From Lama guanicoe (Eukaryota), in NCBI GenBank assembly GCA_013239625.1, contig MU053472.1, positions 186,001-250,000 on the forward strand: DNA of 64,000 nucleotides, written 5' to 3'. The position numbers and the translations under genes are program-made. A model generated the notes under the pieces. The model saw nothing but the letters and a program-made list of their open reading frames with translations, made no database searches and was not told where the DNA came from. Positions 22,801 through 35,610 of the stretch are shown piece by piece; the first letter of the stretch is position 1; every line of letters begins with the position of its first letter.

Positions 22801-23714
22801 CTTAGCTGCTGCCACCTGAACAGAATTGGCGCCCAAGGGAAGCAGATGGTCTACAGTCCGCCCTGGACCACAGCCCCATAGACGGCCTTGAAGGGAGGGG
22901 CTGGGTGTTTCCTTCCACTGTAGGCCTGTCACAGGCTCTTCTGGGCTTAGGCTTGGTCTGCACTCGGCTCCTAAGCAGGACTGCAGGCTCCGCGGGCACT
23001 GAAAGCTGTCCCTCAGAAGACACTGGAACATCCTCCCTCTTCTGGCTTCTCCCCAGACATCAAACACACCAGGCTTGGGTGGGCGGGAGGAGCTAACAAA
23101 CACAGCCAGGCCTGAGGGAGGCTCACAGACCTCTCCTTCAGACTCTCCACTCCAGCCTGAGCAAATCCACCCCTGGGACTTCAAAGCCAGCTGCTTGTTT
23201 GCCCGGCCACAGGGCAGCAACAATGCTTTCCCTTTTGACCTAAGAAAGCATCGTTGCTGGAAGACGGCTGGCCTGGGCGCCGACCTAGAGCACACGACCC
23301 TGCTTAGGGGCTGGCAAGTGGGCACTCCTGCCAGCCTAAGACCAGGGGATGTGTTGGACAGGCCTGATAAGAACTGTGTCCCCAGGCCCCAGGATACACC
23401 TCTGGCAAGTCTGCCTCATCCAGGACTCAGTTCAGAGAAGGCAGGCTCCACCCCACCGCAGCAGGGCATAAGCGGCCACGTCACTGCACCAGGGAATGGA
23501 GAGCACAACCCCGCACACTGGCTGCTCCCCTGAAGGCCACCTTATTTCCTAGGACTGCTCATCACAAACGTGGTGGTGTGGGGGGGGTGCTTATCTGGGC
23601 CAGGTGTGTGTGTGCCCACGTGCGTGCATGTGCACGAGACTGTACCTGTCCCAGTGAGCCCAGATGCCACTACATGGTTCCATGAACCATCTCAACTCAT
23701 ATTCTGAAAACACA

Positions 23715-24297
23715 TTTTTTTAAATTGAAGTATAGTTGATTTACAGTGTTGTGTTAATTTCTGGTGTACAGCATAGTGATCCATATATATACATATATAT
23801 ATATACACATACATATATTTCTTTCATATTCTTTTTCATTATAGGCTATTACAAGATATTGAATATAGTCCCCTGTGCTAGAGAGTATAAACTTATTGTT
23901 TATCTATTGTATATATAGTAGTTAGTATCTATAAATCCTGAACTCTCAATTTATCCCTCCCTTCACCTGGTAACCATAAGTTTGTTTTCTATGTCTGTGA
24001 GTCTGTTTCTGCTTTGCAAATAAGTTCATTTGTGTCATCTTTTTAGATTCCACTTATAAGTGATATCCTATGGTATTTGTCTTTCTCTTTCTGGCTTACT
24101 TCACTTAGAATGACATTCTTCAGGTTCATCCATGTTGCTGCAAATGGCATTATTTTATTCTTTTTTATGGCTGAGTAGTATTCCATTGTGTAAATATACC
24201 ACAGCTTCTTTATCCAGTCATCTGTTGATGGACATTTAGGCTGTTTCCATGTTTTGGCTATTGTAAATATTGCTGCTATGAACATTGGGGTGCATTT
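23715..24297 (-). mobile_element. L1 3' fragment (relatively young)
   Basis: Minus-strand ORF CTPMFIAAIFTIAKTWKQPKCPSTDDWIKKLWYIYTMEYYSAIKK is the L1 ORF2 C-terminus. Confidence 0.92.
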
Positions 24298-24864
24298 CAA
24301 TTTTAACTCTATGGTAAAAAATGTCAAAATGCCAATGGTCTGAAACTTGAGTTTTATCCTGTCCTGGGACAGCAGTCCTGATTGACTTTACCTGCCCCTG
24401 ACCAGTGTTTCCTGGTAACATGTTGGCAGCCTCCAAGCTAAACATGCTGCCTTATTTGTCTCCATAACAGAGTAGTTTTCTGTCCTGGTTGCCTCCCCAC
24501 AGACCTCGCTCTAACCTAGACTGAGAAAGCTCCAAAGTGCTGCAGGAAAGGGGACAGGGGATGGGAGAAAAAAAGCCAGAATGGCTTCTAGCCTGATGAC
24601 TGGTAATGCAGAACAACTGTGCCTTGTATTTTCCAAGTCCAGGCCTCACTCTACACAGAAGGCATGCTTTATCACGTTTATAGATGGCTGATTATGAAGT
24701 AGGAACACAAATGATTAAATTTAGTGAGGTTTTTTATATGTGTACATGTATGTTTGTACATACATAAATTTCTGCCTTCAGGACTTTTTTCTTCTCTCTT
24801 TTAACATACAAATAACACATTTTCAATAATGTAGTTCAGATGAAAAATGCGTGAATTTAGTTAA

Positions 24865-25340
24865 CCCTAAACTTAAGTCAGCAATGTACCATCATTGCTA
24901 AAAAAGCAAAAATCTAGGCAGCATTAAAGGATGTAACAATGTCCAGATCATGCAACATAAGAGTCCTACTTTGTCTGTAATCAGACCCCACCTTAACGTC
25001 TTTCAATTGAGCATCAATTTTCAAAAGGGACATTGATCAATTAGAAAGTATTGTGAAGGGCATAATCAGCATAGTGAAAAGTCTGGAAACTATCTCATTC
25101 AGACAATAGCAAATATTCTAGAAATGAATAGTCTCAAAGGGAAGACCCAAGGAGAAACAGTACGTGAAGAGGTGTTAGGTAGAGGAGAAAACACACTGCT
25201 CTCTGGACCAGTGGGAAGCTTGTGGATCCACATGAGAATTATTCAACTGTCGGACAGTGAGGTAAGCACACCTTGGCAGTTGATAAAGACTGGAAAATGA
25301 TCTCTCAGGGATGTAGTATAGTGATAACTACATTAAAGAG
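24865..25340 (+). mobile_element. L3/CR1 ancient LINE fragment
   Basis: agtcagcaatgt...aaaaaagcaaa..tctaggcagcattaa...cagaccccacc...aaaagggacattgatcaattagaaag...gtctggaaac pattern. Confidence 0.6.
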
Positions 25341-25514
25341 GGAATTGGATAAGACAAATCTGTAAAACAAAAAAGAAAATAACTATAAATAGGCTGAATC
25401 TTCTGTTTAGGCAAAACAAGATCTCTGCCTAAAATTGCCACTGTTAGAGTCATTTAATTGGATAAAGGCATTGTTTGCTCTGGCACATCTCTTTTAAAAT
25501 GCAGTGTGATAAAG

Positions 25515-25700
25515 TAGGTAAACAAGTTATACTGTATAGCACAGGGAACTATATTCAATATCTTGTAGTAGCATATGGTGAAAAAGAATATGAAAACGAA
25601 TATATGTATATTCGTGTATGACTGAAGCACGGGCTATACACCAGAAACTGACACAACATTGTAAACTGACTATACTTCAGTAAAAAAAATAAAATAAAGT
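25515..25700 (+). mobile_element. L1 3'-end fragment
   Basis: actgtatagcacagggaactatattcaatatcttgta...acattgtaaactgactatacttcagtaaaaaaa. Confidence 0.85.
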
Positions 25701-26019
25701 GCAATGTGTTATCTGAGAAAGGTAACACATTAGCACAGATAGATAGCAAGAAGGAAAATCATGGAAATCGCTTTCAATTGGGAATCAGGTTTGATTTGAA
25801 TCTCCCACTCATTAACTGTGTGATATTAAGCAAGTTACTTACCTCACTGAGTTTCTGTTTCTTCACCTATTAAGTGAGAATAAAAATACCTATTCTCAAA
25901 CACCAATGACACAAACATTTTGCTGGGACAGATCTTGCAAGCACAACATAGCTCTAAATCCAATAGTCCTGGTGACATATCACAGTTTAGGTGTCATGTT
26001 CCTTTAACAGCTATCAATT

Positions 26020-27360
26020 TTTACCACTTTTATTCAGTGTTTTACTGGATATCCCAGCCAAAGTAATAAGACAAAAACAGAATAAAAGATAGAAGGATTG
26101 GAGAGGAAAAAGTAAAATTGCTATTTGTTGACAATATGATTGTCTTCATAGAGACACCAAGAGAATTTATAGATAAATTATCAGAATTATTAAGAGAATT
26201 GTGCAAAGTTGCTGAATTCAGGATCAGCTTACCAAAAAAAAATCAAAAGCATTCCTCCATGTCTGAAAAAAACTAATTAGAAAATGTAATCTTTAAGAGT
26301 TTCTGTCACCATATCCAGAAAAACTAAAAGGCATTAATAATGGATCTAATAAAAGAAGTGTTGAACCATGTGGAGAAAAATAAAACTTGATTGACCAGCA
26401 GATGGCCTAAATAAATAGAGCAATGTATCATGTTCATGGATGAGGAAACCCAATATTATTCTTTAATACCAAATTACTCTATAGGTTTCATGCAATTCCA
26501 ATAAAAATACCAACTTGGCTGTATCTGAGTATAGGAAACTTACAAGCTAATCTTAAAATATGATAGAAAAAGAGACAAGAATAGTTGACAATTTTGAAGG
26601 AGGAGGAGGCTTTTGCTTTACCACATGTGAAAAACTTCGAATAATGCTATACTAACTTAAATAGTATGATTTTGACACACAGAGAGAGAAATAGCTCCAA
26701 TGGAATGGATAGAGAGCTCAGAAATAGATCCTTGAATATGAAAACTTGGCATATTATAGAAATGGCATCACAGATCACTGGAGAAAGGATGGGCAATTCA
26801 ATAAATGGTGCTAGAACAATTGATTATCATTATGAAAAAAGAAAATTAGCTTCCTACCTCACACTATATATAAAACACAGCTTAAAGGCTTTAATGTAAA
26901 TTTAAAGGTCTTAGAAGAAAATATTGGAGAACAGTTTTGTGCCCTTGGGGTAGGGCAGGATTTCTTCAGTAAGATCCCCCACTAAAAGCACAATACTGTA
27001 AAGTATAGATTTGACTATATTGAAATGATGTTTAATATAGCAAATAGATTTAATGTATTAATTATATTAAAATGGAAAAAACACTACAACATGAAGAGTC
27101 TAACCACAGAATGGGAGAAAATCTTTACCATGAAAGATTTTGCTACTAACAGAGGGTGAGTTCCAGATTACATAAGGAATTCTAACAAATCAGTAGAAAA
27201 AGACCAATAACCTAAGAGAAAAATGTTCAAAGAATATGAACAAACAAGTCACAGAAATGGAAACCCAATGCGTAAAAAATATACATAAAGGTACTAGACC
27301 TCACTGATATTTTGAGAAATGTAACTTGAAATCAAAATAAGAGAGACTTCCATCATCAAG
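26020..27360 (+). mobile_element. Old L1 ORF2 remnant (L1M-type)
   Basis: A-rich; decayed ORF2 wording (tttgttgacaatatgattgtc, caataaatggtgctagaacaa, cctacctcacactatata, acagaatgggagaaaatcttt) with many stops. Confidence 0.8.
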
Positions 27361-27648
27361 GTGACAGTAAAGATTCTTTTCACAAAAGGCATAAACTCAC
27401 AAGGATAATGAGAATGGGAAAGGAGACTACAACAAATTTTGGAAACTTTGGAAGCTGGAAAGCAAATAAATGAGAGATAACTGACTCAGGAAACCTAAGA
27501 AAGCTGAATCTCAAACTGAAAGTGGAGAAAGCTGGGGAGTAACCCATGTTGGTCTGCCAAGTGCCTCAGGCAATGAGGATGAGTGAAGATGGAGTGAAAT
27601 ATATCAAGATTGGATGGAAATCTTTAAAAAGCCAATAGGTTTCTAGGC

Positions 27649-27715
27649 ATTCCTTCCTTCCTTCCTTCCTTCCTTCCTTCCTTCCTTCCTTCCTTCCTTC
27701 CTTCCTTCCTTCCTT
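27649..27715. repeat. (TTCC)n tetranucleotide microsatellite
   Basis: About 16 uninterrupted units read directly. Confidence 0.95.
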
Positions 27716-28079
27716 TTTGCTTCATGCAGCCAGAGTTTTAAAGAAAATAAAAGAAAGAGTCTCTGGAAAAGAAAACAACAAACAAAGCTGAGAGCAGGTT
27801 ATTATATGGAGAACAAGAGGATGAAGTAAATGTTCGTATACCAAGTGCTGATGAAGTGAAGAAACATTTACCCTCCAGGAAGGAGACGGGACCGTGCTTT
27901 TCCAGAGATTCTCACTAGTCCAAGAGAAAAAGCTTAACACTTCAACACAAAGGGTTCCCCCAAGGAAATTACACAGCCAGGTAACCCTTCAGTGAGCTCC
28001 ATAATTGACAAGCCCTACTCTCGAGTTCAGAAATTTCAAGTTTCAGTTTTTAGGTGCCCCAAGTTTAAATATTAGAGAG

Positions 28080-28660
28080 CACCCAAGGATCACCAGACTC
28101 CCAAGGAAGACCTCTAACATGAATGACACAGACCAAAACAAACAAATAGGAAAAAGCAACCTGGAGAAAACAGATTCTATGCAAGAAAAGGAAACTAAAA
28201 GCACATAAACAAGATATAAACAAAAAGACTATAATTATTATTCTCAAGATGTAAACTAGATAGTACATCTATAAAACAAGAGGAGGCAACTATAAAAAGG
28301 ATATTCAGACAATTGAAAAAACAAAAAGAGACAGAAATATATATGCTAACATTAATGAAAAATTTAACAAATGGGTTGGAAGATAACGCTTAGAAAATTC
28401 CCAGAAAGGTGAATAAAAAGACAAAGAGGAAAAAAAAAATAGAAGAGAAAATAAAATAAGAGAACCAATCCAAGAGGTCCAACATTTGAATAACAGGAGT
28501 TCCACAGAGACAGAACAGAGAAAACAGAAGAGAAGAAAGTCTCAAATAAAGAATACAAGAAAAATGTCTCAGAAGTAAGGCATGGCTTTCCAGATGGAAA
28601 GGGCACACCAAGTATCTAGCCTATTAATGAAAACAGTTCCGTTCATACATACATATTATC
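28080..28660 (+). mobile_element. HAL1/L1 ORF1-like remnant
   Basis: caatccaagaggtccaacatttgaataacaggagttcca...gaaagggcacaccaagta resembles the decayed ORF1 RRxNIxIxGVPE region. Confidence 0.6.
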
Positions 28661-28939
28661 AAACACATAAAAAAAACCAGAATGGATTCAAACAGACTTC
28701 AGAAAAGTGGCTACTTCTGAAGAATGAAAGGTGAAGAATAGGAGTGGGGAGGGGTGCAGAGGAGGTTTCAACTAAATCTATAAACTTTCTTTAAAAAAAC
28801 TGAATATGGCAAAACATTAACATTTATTAAATGTGGGTGGTGATATATGAATATCTGTAATAATCTCTGAACTGTTCTGTATATTTTTATAATTAAAATA
28901 TAAATATAATGAGGTTTAGGAAAATATATAAGAATCATC

Positions 28940-29360
28940 AAAACAGCCTTATTCATAACAGACAAAAACTGGGAATAAATTCAATGTCCATCACAGGAAA
29001 ATGGATAAGCTGTTGGTATATTCATGCAATGAAGTAGTATGAATTACTGATACATGAACAACGTGAATGAACCTCAAAACTGTGTTTAACAAAAGGAGCC
29101 AGATACAAAAATATGTGGAATGTAACAACAGGCAAAATCTCGAATGAATCTAGGATAAAAGAAGTCAGAATTGCCTCGCGGGGAGAAGAGGGAGATTGGG
29201 GGCTTGAATGGAAGGGAGCAAGAGGGAACTTTCTGGGGTGATAGAACTATCTTATACCTTCTTTTGAGTGGAGGTTATATGAGTGTATACAATTATCAAA
29301 ACTCATCGAACTGAACATTAAGCTCTGTCATTTTATTGTCTGTAAATTGTACTCGGATGA
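28940..29360 (+). mobile_element. Old L1 (L1ME/MC-type) 3' end
   Basis: aatgtccatcacaggaaaatggataa...gagggaactttctggggtgatagaa...tcaaaactcatcgaactgaaca. Confidence 0.7.
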
Positions 29361-31632
29361 ATGAATGAAGTGGGAAGAACAGGTAGCCAAAGGGAGCTCC
29401 AAAATTAAGTTTTGGGTAGACACTCATAGTCACTCTGTGACCGTATGGTGTCCATAACGTAACGCCCCACTGTGGGGTGGGAGAGCCAATGTTTGTAGAT
29501 GGTCTGTGTCTCTCTTGTATTTTCACCTTTTTATCAGCTTCAGAGTCCACATGCAGTGGTATCAGAGTGACAGTCTGCCTCAGAGCTCTGGGCAAAGCTA
29601 GGCAAATTGATTCTATTAAACTACACAAAAGTTGGAAAGAAAATTTACAGAACTCAAACCTCCTCTGGGCCAACCTCCAACCACTGATCCATGGATCTCC
29701 CTCCCAACATTCCTGACAAAGGGCCAGTCAGTCTAATGCTTGACCCTCTGCAGTGACAAAGAGCTCCCTCCTTCCCAGTAATAACAACAGCTGACCATTA
29801 CTGAGTGCTAACTGTGTGCCCAGCACTGTTCTAAGCCCTTTGCATGTATTGACTCAAGTCAGCTCCTTCCGAATTTGGACAGCCCTTCAGTAGAAGGTTC
29901 AGACAGACTCCAAAATTTCTCTCCAATCCTCACAGATCTCTTAACCGAGGGGGAATGAGATTTTCATCCTGCCATGGGTTGCCCAGGATTATAGGGGAAG
30001 ACAGACCCAGTATTCATTGTGTTATGTGTTTACCACCGTAAGTACAGTCTATGCTGGGCTCTGAAGAAATAGCTCTAGTAATCGCTAACATTTATTGAGG
30101 CATATGCTCACTTTACATGCATTTACCTCACTTAATCCACATAACAACCCTGTTTTTCTACAGATGAGCAACTTGCTGCTTTGAAAGATTAAGTAACTAT
30201 CCGAAGGTCCCAGAGCTAGTAGCCAGTGTTTTAGCCCAGGCTGTCTGACCCAGAGGCTGAGTTGTTAACCACACCAGTCTGAACAAGTTTTCAAGGTTAA
30301 TGTTTCTGGGAAGAGTGTAATGGAAAAATCTCTGGACTGGGAGGGAGAAGACCCGAGCTCCGCTCCCTCTTCTACTCCTTTCTCTGTGAGTTTGAGCAAA
30401 TCGGCTGCCTCATTTCCCATAAGTCTGAAACAAGAGGGCTGGACTAGATGATCCCAAAAAGCCCAGACCTAACTCTGATAATCTATATTCCAAATTAAAG
30501 GTGTCTATAGTCCATTCCCATCTTGAATGTGTCCAGTATAACATTTCCTGGGTCATCCAGTTAACATATGGCGATAGTGATGATGATAATCATGGAGGTG
30601 GAGATGGAGAAGAGGAGGAAATGCATGCATGAATGAATAATTGAATGAATGAATAAGTGAGGTGGAATCATTAGCATTTTTCTTTGCAGAAGTCTGTCCC
30701 AGTCAGCTGTTCCTGGAGCAGGAAAGGAGGTTCTTATCTCACTTGTCAGTTTCAGTTGCTTTTCATCAGTTGGTCTCAAATCTCGGGGCATAAAAAAATA
30801 AAGCCAGCTTCAACCCCAGGACTTTCTCTCAAGGCCCAGCTGTAGGCTAGAAGCAGAAAGTGAATATGCACAGAGTGGCCAATTAGTTCCCTGAGTGCCC
30901 TCACGACCTCTGACCCCTGCTGGGCCACCCCATCCATTAGCTGTCCTCTTCCCCTCCACCCTCCTCTCTCTCTCAGTTTGAGTCGTTGTCCCCGCCATTC
31001 TCTTTCAGCAAAGAAACATGCTCAGGCATTCAGCCAGCCGCTGCCACTTTCTGTTCTTTTGTCTCCTCTCTCTGTTGCCCTTGTTGCTAACCTGGTCACC
31101 ACTCCTTGACCCTACGGCTGGGCTCTCTCCCCTTCTGGGATGGGGAGGGGCAGTATCCCAAGGCAGGACTTGCTGGAAAGAAGCAAGTTCTCCCTTTTCC
31201 TTTCACTTGGATTCATTCCACAAACTTGAATTGTAATCCCTTCTGGTCCCAAGAAAGTCCCTATAATGCTTTCACTGGTATGATGATTTCTTTCAAAGGC
31301 AAGTATTTGGAAAAGTCCATGTGGGTGAAGGTATGTTCCTTTGAGATGTTGGCTATTCATCTATGAGGTTGGAGAATACATATATATTTTTTTTCCATTG
31401 ATGGGGGGGGGAAGGCTAGTTTAAGATTATGGGTGTGTGAGCACATATTGGTGAAAAAAATACAAAGCAATCATCAAAAGAGGAAAATAAACTAATTTTA
31501 TTGCACTTTAAAATAGCCTTCCAAGTGTTGATTGCGTCTAATTCTTCAGAATTCTAGCTCAGAGAGCAAAGGAGCTGGTGAGTGAGTTTATTTAAAAAGG
31601 GTAAGCACTTGAGATTCAGAGCCATTGCATTT

Positions 31633-31833
31633 TTTAATAACATATATATATATGTGGCTTTTTTTCATAACATATATATATATATATATATATATGTGTG
31701 GCTTTTTTTTCACTGGGGGAGGTAATTAAGTTTATTTATTTATTTTTTTAAATGGAGGCACTGGGGACTGAACCCAGACTTCATGCATGCAAAACACACC
31801 CTCTCCCGCTGAGCTATTCCCTCCCCGAAGCCC
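31633..31833 (-). mobile_element. Vic-1-like SINE with 16-bp TSD and microsatellite tail
   Basis: aatggaggcactggggactgaaccc...gctgagctattccctcccc; flanked by CAGAGCCATTGCATTT at 31617-31632 and 31834-31849. Confidence 0.88.
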
Positions 31834-32379
31834 CAGAGCCATTGCATTTAAATCCAGGTCCTGCCACTTGTCAGTTGGGTAACTTTGGTCAATAAGAGTG
31901 GCTTCTATTTTCTGAGTGCATTTCTTTGGACCAAGCACTTTAAACACATCATCTCATTTTATCCTCACAATAAGCGTGAAGTGGATATTATTCCTAATTA
32001 CCATCTCCATTTTATAAATAGAGAAATGAAGGCTAAGCGAAATTATTTGTTCAGGGTTGGATACATGATAAATGACAGAAAAGGAATGTGAATGAGGTCT
32101 GCGTGGCTCCAGAGTTCTTAAATGCAGTGCCATACCTCCTCCAAGTTATAATGTGCCTAAGTTATTAAATCTTTATGAGCTTCGTTCGGTTTCCTCATCT
32201 GTAAAGCACCTAATAGTCATGGCTAACATTCCTGAGTGCTTACTCTCTTCCAGGCGTTTTCTAAGTGCCGACATACCTTATCTCATTTAATTCTCACAGA
32301 GTTCTAATGAATAGGAATTACTTTTGTGCCCATTTTACAGGAGACACTGAGGCTTAGCGTGTTAAGAAACTGACCTGGC

Positions 32380-32510
32380 AGGGAGGATATAGCTCAGTGG
32401 TAGAGCCCATGCTTAGCATGAACAAGGTCCTGGGTTCAATTCCCCGTACCTCCATTAAAAACAAACAAACAAACCTAATCATGCCCCTACTCCAAAAAAA
32501 GAAAGAAAGA
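32380..32510 (+). mobile_element. Vic-1-like SINE inserted in a MIR
   Basis: gggaggatatagctcagtggtagag...gggttcaattccc.gtacctccattaaaa(acaa)n cctaat plus A-tail. Confidence 0.88.
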
Positions 32511-34000
32511 ATCTAACCCAGATCACACCTGAGAGCTAGGATTCTGATTTGAACCTATTTAATCTCTTTCCACATTCCACTCTATGACAGTCACCTTAAA
32601 AAGGCCTCCAGAGAAAGATGCAGTGAATATACAAGGAGAGGGCTCCGGGAAAGCAAGGAAGGAGGAAACTAATTCCACCTGAGGGTGATGGGGACGGCTT
32701 TGTGGAGACAGCAGAGGAGATCCACTTCATGGGAATTCACTTTAATGCCAGAAAGGCTCAGAAATACATCTGCTTCATAAAGTGAAGTACACCCTAATTA
32801 CATACCAGTGTTTATGCTGAAGAAGGGAGCAGAGTCCTTGTCATAACCACGTCTAATAAATAGTTAGGTACTGTGTCTTACTCATCTTGGTACTACTGCC
32901 CTCCCTACCCCTCCCAACCCCCAAAGCATCTAGAATGGTGCCCTTTGCAAGTGGGCACTCACTTGATAGATATTTCCTAAATAAGTAAATGATAACTCAG
33001 GAAGGATTTAGCTGGGGGTAAACGGCTTTCTTGGTCTGAAGGCTGCTGCAGCCCTGCAGCTGGAAGACCCTATTCTCTCTCATCTTTCTCCCCGCGGCTC
33101 CTCTGACAAGACCACAGGCTGCATGATAGGGGGCCCACTGTACCAGAGATGATTTATGGTTCTTTGTTATACAAACGCTTTCACATTCCTCCCCTATCCT
33201 CTTTCTGCAGCCAATTCATCATGATATTTAAATGAAACTTTGGATAGAGAACTATGGCTCACAGTCTTGAAGACAATTGTTCAGGACAGCCAAACAATGA
33301 CAATAGACCTAGAATTCAGACCTATAAAAAGACCACTTCTCCACTGGGATTATCTAAGATTTAACTGCCTTCCCCAAGGTCCCAGGGAAATGCCTTTATT
33401 TCTACCTTAAAGAATCCCAGGTACTCAGTCTGAACTGTGAAAAGAAACAGGGTGACATGCAGCTAACCGGCAAGAGAAGGCGATGCTCGGTAATTTCTCT
33501 CTAATGAAAACAGCAGAAGCCCCAAGGAAGATATTGCAGCCTGGGCTGCAGAAACACTTTGCAAAGATATCTCACTGGTGTTTTACTCAGTGCTCTGGGA
33601 TGCTGTGTTGAGTCAATCTGCTGTTAAAATGATGGCAAAGTAAAGTGAAACTTTCTTGGTTCTTCAGGCTGTTATTGAAGCTGAAGTTGCACTAATCAAA
33701 ATAAATCCTTTATCGTGACCGTAGGAGTAAAACAGGAGTAAGCATTTCCTTCCATCTGTAGCTACGCCTGTTTCAATCACATCACTCATGGAATACGATA
33801 TGCTGGCATTCTCTTGACTATGTCAGTCTAGTCAATAGAACGGAGACAAATTCCTGGGCAGAAATCATATGCACTAACCTTAATACAAAATCATCTAAAA
33901 ATGGGCACTTTTGGTTTTTATTCAATGATTGTTATATATCATCACATTTTGTGAGAAGAATTATGGCTGTTAGGTGCTAAAATGCCATACGTGATTTTTT

Positions 34001-34150
34001 TTTTAATTGAAGTACAGTTGATTTACAATGTTGTGTTAGTTTCTGGTGTACAGTGTAGTGTCTTCAGTTATATATATATATCCTTTTCATAATAGGTTAT
34101 TACAAGTTACTGAATATAGTTCCCTGTGCTGTACAGCAGGACCTTGTTGT
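34001..34150 (-). mobile_element. Short L1 3'-end insertion with TSD
   Basis: ttaattgaagtacagttgatttacaatg...; flanked by catacgtgattttt (33986) and catacatgattttt (34151). Confidence 0.8.
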
Positions 34151-35025
34151 CATACATGATTTTTTAACATGACTTTTTACAACCCAGATGCATAGGTGAT
34201 GCTTTCCAATTTTTGACTGCGCAGTGCTAAATTAACTGACTGTTTCTCTCTGTGTTTCATTTTCTCTCCATTTACAACTAGGAGGTGGATGTTTTGCTTC
34301 CTGTCCTCCTAAAAGACGGAAAACTCAAAATGCAATGTAATCAACAGAGAGGTATTTTATAAACAAATGTGTTCAGAAACGGTTAGGCATACACCTTAAT
34401 TTAGTGAACCACATCATACTTCAAATGTACCAAGAAATATTAAATAATATTCTTTTGTAAAATAATCAAGCCCCTTGTACACCAGTTTAAAACATTCAAG
34501 TTTTCAAATAATAAATTTGCTTAAAATAGAGGCTCAGTTAAACTTATAAATTTCCTTGAGTTCACGCTCTGCACTTGGTAGTATAAAATATTTTTATTAC
34601 ATATATTATCAGCTGAAACATTTTTCATGTACTGTCCTTGCTTCACACTCCTTAAATGCCAGCCTTTACCTTTGACCTATATGATGTTAACATTTTATTG
34701 TTCATTACAGATGATTCTGTTTCTGTTTTGTTATTGCAAAGTGGAGGTCTATCCCATATGGTCTATAAAAATATTGCATCACTATGTTGTACACCTGAGA
34801 CTAATAAAATATTGGAACTCAACTTCAATAAAAATTTTTTTAAAAAGTAGCCTATCCCAAAGCAATTAGATACAACAAAATTAAAGATATGCATTTAAAA
34901 GATACATGAAGAACAAGATTTTTAGCATATTAACTCTTTCTGTAATTTGTTAATGTTCACATATTCTGATTTGATTTTCCCCCAAGAATTTATCCCCCAA
35001 GCTGAATAATAATTCTGCATTAGAT

Positions 35026-35610
35026 CCACAGTTCTCAAACTGTGCCCCAAGACACCACAGGTTACCACAGCAGCAAGCTCATGGGGCAACACAGACTATT
35101 TTAAAATTTCAAGGGCAACACAGTGAGACTCAACGTGTTGGAAATCACGTGAACTTCTAGCACGTGGTAGATCATGGTTACAACATTAGACTGTTATCTT
35201 TTTCATAATGTAATGTCTTTGAGGAGCTGGGTTTTCTGCAGCTGCTGTGACCAAAAAAACAAAAAAAAACAAGTACTGTGTGAATATCAGTCTGGAACAT
35301 GAAATGAGTAAGACAGTGTCTGTCTGATCTGAGCTCAAGGTTTGAGAAGTTGTGTTACATTCAAGAGGCTCATGCATCCCATTAGCATGTAAGTGATTCT
35401 TTAACAACGAAATAAGAATACTATTTTCTCTTTCAATTTATATGTATTGTTAATGGCTACTAAATTGTGAAATCATAAATAGGCGTTAAAATATTTGGCT
35501 CTAGCAACTTAATAAGTGGAATTATTAGGTATTTCTTTGGGCTTAAGTTGCCATGAAAAAATCTACTAAGACCCTAAGAGCACAGTTAATCAAGAAAGTC
35601 TGAGAACCTT
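35026..35610 (+). mobile_element. hAT-Charlie non-autonomous DNA transposon
   Basis: Ends gttctcaaac / gtctgagaacc are inverted repeats; internal 35341-35385 encodes FEKLCYIQEAHASH-stop, a Charlie/Buster transposase C-terminus. Confidence 0.75.

Noticed and set aside
22828..22842. TGGCGCCCAAGGGGA resembling a retroviral tRNA-Lys primer-binding site
   Set aside because: Only about 10 nt match, with no adjacent LTR end or gag-like sequence.
22386..23533. Overlapping 139-182 aa ORFs on both strands
   Set aside because: Low-information Pro/Gly/Ser/Arg-rich translations expected from GC-rich DNA; no homology I recognise.
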